From assembly GCF_030684315.1 (NCBI RefSeq), contig NC_081387.1, positions 6,366,497-6,430,496 on the forward strand: a stretch of 64,000 bases of DNA. Direction: 5' to 3'. The notes under the pieces were generated by a model. It saw nothing but the letters and a program-made list of their open reading frames with translations, did no database searches and was not told the origin of the DNA. This DNA comes from Stegostoma tigrinum (taxonomy: Eukaryota). Each line of letters opens with the position of its first letter. Positions within the stretch are counted from its first letter, which is position 1. The position numbers and the translations under genes are program-made. Shown in pieces: positions 60,201-64,000 of the stretch.

Positions 60201-61863
60201 GGATTTGAACCTGGGTCCCCAGAATATTGTCGGGTTTCTGGATTAACGGTCTGGCAATAATATTACCAGGCTATTACCTTCAACGGGAGCTTTTATTTTC
60301 TGAAGATACCTTCAGTGTGGCACTTATTCAAATTCCTTCTGGAAATCAAATACAGTACATCTGCAGGTTCCCCTTTATCTACAGTACACATTATGCCTTC
60401 AAAGAACTCCAATCAAGTAGGTAAGCATGATTTCCTTTTAATAAACTATGCCAACTTTTCCTGACGATCACAAGATTTTCTTCTGCGTATAGCTGTGATC
60501 TCTTTAATGTTTGATTCTAACATCTAATTTTTTTTAGTGGAAGTGACTGATGATGCTACAAACTTTCTACATTGGCCCACAATAAATACAATGTGGAAAT
60601 TTCCCCTCTCCCTCTCTACATTATAGCTTACACTTCCTTTGCATCCTTCTTGAACTGCACCATCCCACTATCCCCTCCCCCCTTCCAAATCACCACTATA
60701 GTGCTACACATTAGACATGAGACCCCGCTTTCTCTCCATCCCTCAGTTCAGGGTTTATGGTGTAAACTTTAGGACTTTAATAACCGTTCATAGATCAAAA
60801 GAAGCAGCATTAACTTCATCTGGAATAAACCGTTAAGGGGCAAAGAAAGGCTGTTATCTAGGAATTGGAAGCGATTAGCCATGTCTGGGTGTAGCAGGAG
60901 TCAAAGCTAGATAAACAAAGCTGTTTTTCTCATCTGCTTGATGGCTGGTTGCTTTATACCACAAGGACAACTGACTGCCCTGCAGAAGAATTTGAGAAGT
61001 TAATGATAGGAAAGCTGTGTTTTCAAACAGACAATCAATGCTAAATGTAACAAGGAACAAAGATGTCACTTCTGATAAGATGGCAAGCTGGAGACTCGAT
61101 GGTTTCATAGGAGTGGCCAATATTGTGGATAAAAGAACTGAAAGGATCATTAATAATGTCGCACCAGAAACTTGAAGTATGGAAAATTGTATAAGAATTT
61201 ATCTCCCGGACTCCTCAGGAGTAGAACTCCAGAGAACAACACTGCACAAAGTTTGAGACCTGGATACATCCAGAGGTAGGCACTGTTGATTAGAATTGTA
61301 ACTGAACTCCACCATTAATTGGGTAAAACCAAGTTGGGTTGTGAGCTTAAGGTATCTTATTTTGGTTACTAAGTTGAAATAATGTCTAAATAATTGTTTC
61401 AGTATTTTGAGAATTCCTGATAAATCGCCTGCTTAAAGATAACCTATGATGATTTACTCTCAACCAGGGGTACAAATTAGAGGTGTAATGAAATGAAGCA
61501 GATAGGCATGAGAGGTCTCACTCAGATGGCAGTAAAGTGAAAGCTGCATAGGAACAGAAGTAGGCCATTCAGCTGTTCAAGCCTGCTCTACCATTCAATA
61601 CACCCACAGCTGATCTTGCTCTTAAATCTTTCATGGGATATGAGTTAGACCAGCATTTCTGGCTCATCCCAGGTGCCCAGTGGACAGTTAAGAGTTGAAC
61701 ACATTGCTTTGGGGTCAGATACAAAGGGGCCAGACGACCTGGGTTGGTAGATTTCCTTCCTTAGAGAGGTTTTAGTGAACCAGATGAATGCGGGAATCAT
61801 TGTCTCATCATCTACTATGACAAGACCTGGGTTTTGGAAATACCACTTCTTAAGATGGTGTAT

Positions 61864-62286
61864 GCAACCAGTTCTGCTATAAGGTAAGAGTTGTGTTCCT
61901 GTGCAACGTCGCCTTATAGAAAATTGTGCTATAGAAATACCAGGCCCTATGGGAATAGTGGGGTTAGGGGCAGACCACCAAGAAAACACTGCTCAAAATT
62001 GCTCAAAAATCACTCAGAAGTCCAACACAAAGGATGGCACAATTTGAATAAAGGTTTAATTCATATCTAATAATGAAATAAAAGTAAATTTAACACTTTA
62101 CCCTAAAAAATTGTCAAGATGACTTGATGGGGGAGGACCACCACAGCAAGCACTTCATGACAAAGCCCGTGAAACAATCATGTGATCCACTCCTCTGTGC
62201 ACCAATGGAATTGCATTTCCCTATTCGCCAATGGCGTTACAGCCAATTTGGGTTGCTGGAACACACATTTTAGCAAAACCAACTGT
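61864..62286. mobile_element. Possible decayed MITE (Tc1/mariner-Tigger-like)
   Basis: Imperfect terminal inverted similarity: gttctgctataa...tgtgttcc versus ggaacaca...ttttagcaaaac. Confidence 0.35.
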
Positions 62287-64000
62287 GGAATAAATGCATA
62301 AATTGCTGAAGGTGATGGTGCATTTTGAAATGCCTTCTAGGATCCTGGAGTTTTAAGAGGAGGATTAGTGTGTAAAAACAGTGAAGTTATAATAGAGGTA
62401 AAATCGCTACAGTTTTAGAAGACAATAGGGCTGCTCTCTCATCAGAGATAGATGATTGGTCGTGGTTTAACCTAAAGATCACCACATCTCAAGTGAGGAG
62501 ACGGATTGAGAAGGAGAGTCTTTTATGGTCACCTCAGCCAGCGCAGGAATTCAGTGCATTATATTGGCATCATCTGCATCACAGACCAGCCATATAGCCA
62601 ACTGAGCTAACCAGATCCCTTCCATAAAGCACTATTGTGATCTGAACTGAAGCAATAAGTACAATTCTGGATATCACACTCCAGGCCAGCTGTGAAGGTT
62701 TGAAAGAAGGTACAGAAAAGATTTAGTCAGGGTGGTGTTGGGACTGAGTGATTCAGTTATGTAGACAGTATGGTGAAGGAAGGGCTGATAACCTGAGAGG
62801 AGATAGAATGGAAGGGTTCAGAACCAAGAGGGGCTTGGACAGAGCAGTGTAAAAGAAGCCTGATGAACTGGGAACCAGAGGACACCGAGTCAAGGTAATT
62901 GATAGATAAGCAAAAGGCAGCATGAGCAGTGAGGGTCTGGAATGCAGTGCCTCAAACTGTGATAGGGGAGTTTTCAGTCACAGCTTTCAAAAGGTTAAGC
63001 ATTTGTAGAGCAAACATTTGCAGGGCTAGAGCACAGGCAAGTGGGACAAAGAGCCGGTCTCCTATGATGTAACCACTCTATCATTTTACGTCTTGATCAA
63101 TCCCACCAAGATTGAACAGGATGGAAATTGGGAAGCCAGCATTGGTACTTCTTATATGTTATGGATAGAAGAGAAACTTAACACTGGCAGACCACTGTAA
63201 TTTATGCATCTAGCCTGTTATGACACAAATGTGATTTCAACTTCGATCCAATGTAATGATGTGAGAGTAATTAACCACAAGACCGCAAAATTGCAAATGT
63301 ATTTATTTCATTCCCATCTGAAGATGTGCGTTACTGCTCAGTGCAGACTGTCAGCCAGGATGTGAAAGCATTGCACAACAGGCCACAGTTTAACCTCAGA
63401 AGGGAGCACCATTCTACTGCGGGACCACTTTGAAGAAGCCCTATTGTGCCCTCAGCTTAGTCCCATGTGTTTGTTGCCCAGAACACAAAGCTTCGCTTCA
63501 TTTAGTCTTCAGTCTATCCTGCAGCTCAGAACCTTATTGCAGTGATCCTACTCCTGATCCATGCTAAGGTCAGCTTTTGACATTTTTATCAATAAAGAAA
63601 GAATTAACATTATTTATGTGACATCTTTCACAGCCTCTGGATGTGTTCGAGTATTTTGCACTTAACAAAATGCTTTTTTGAAGAGTAGTTAGTTGCAGGG
63701 AACCACAGGAGCCAATTTAGACACAGCAAGATCATACATCCAGCAGTCTGGTGAATAACTAGATCTGTTTCAACAGTCATAAACAGGATTGTGCATTAAA
63801 AGATCCAATCTGAAAGGTTGGGATAAAATATGGAACCGGTATTGGGTTTTTGGAAGCAGCATCTGGTTTCTGGACTGTTCACATTGTAGTTCCAGGAGCA
63901 TCTATCTTTGGTCAGTTCCTATTTCTCAACTACATGCTGTCCCTTGGCAACATCATCTGAAAATACAATATTCCATAATGTCTGCTGATAAGTCCCAACT

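Overview
Vertebrate genomic DNA, very likely a shark (inferred from the repeat families and the MHC protein sequences). It carries two divergently oriented MHC class I genes. On the + strand is an intact 7-exon gene (35096-55600, 411 aa) with 8 of the 9 peptide-anchoring residues, UDA-like, preceded by an ISRE + X1/X2/Y promoter. On the - strand is a divergent, probably decaying nonclassical gene (about 1-6762) that lacks the alpha2 disulfide and has a frameshifted, charged TM exon. The rest is minisatellites, CR1-type LINE and SINE debris, and two Penelope-like element (PLE) families carrying minimal hammerhead ribozyme motifs. The most striking structure is 18017-31220: one PLE in which both pseudo-LTRs (pLTRs) are interrupted, at the same point inside the hammerhead motif, by a full-length Tx1-type (L1 clade) retrotransposon. 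Each Tx1 has its own target-site duplication (TSD) and a 5' end that mimics the displaced target sequence, and an empty target site is present at 54864-54897. This points to a site-specific retrotransposon that parasitises the ribozyme of another retrotransposon. All alignments were done by eye; lineage and family names need database confirmation.
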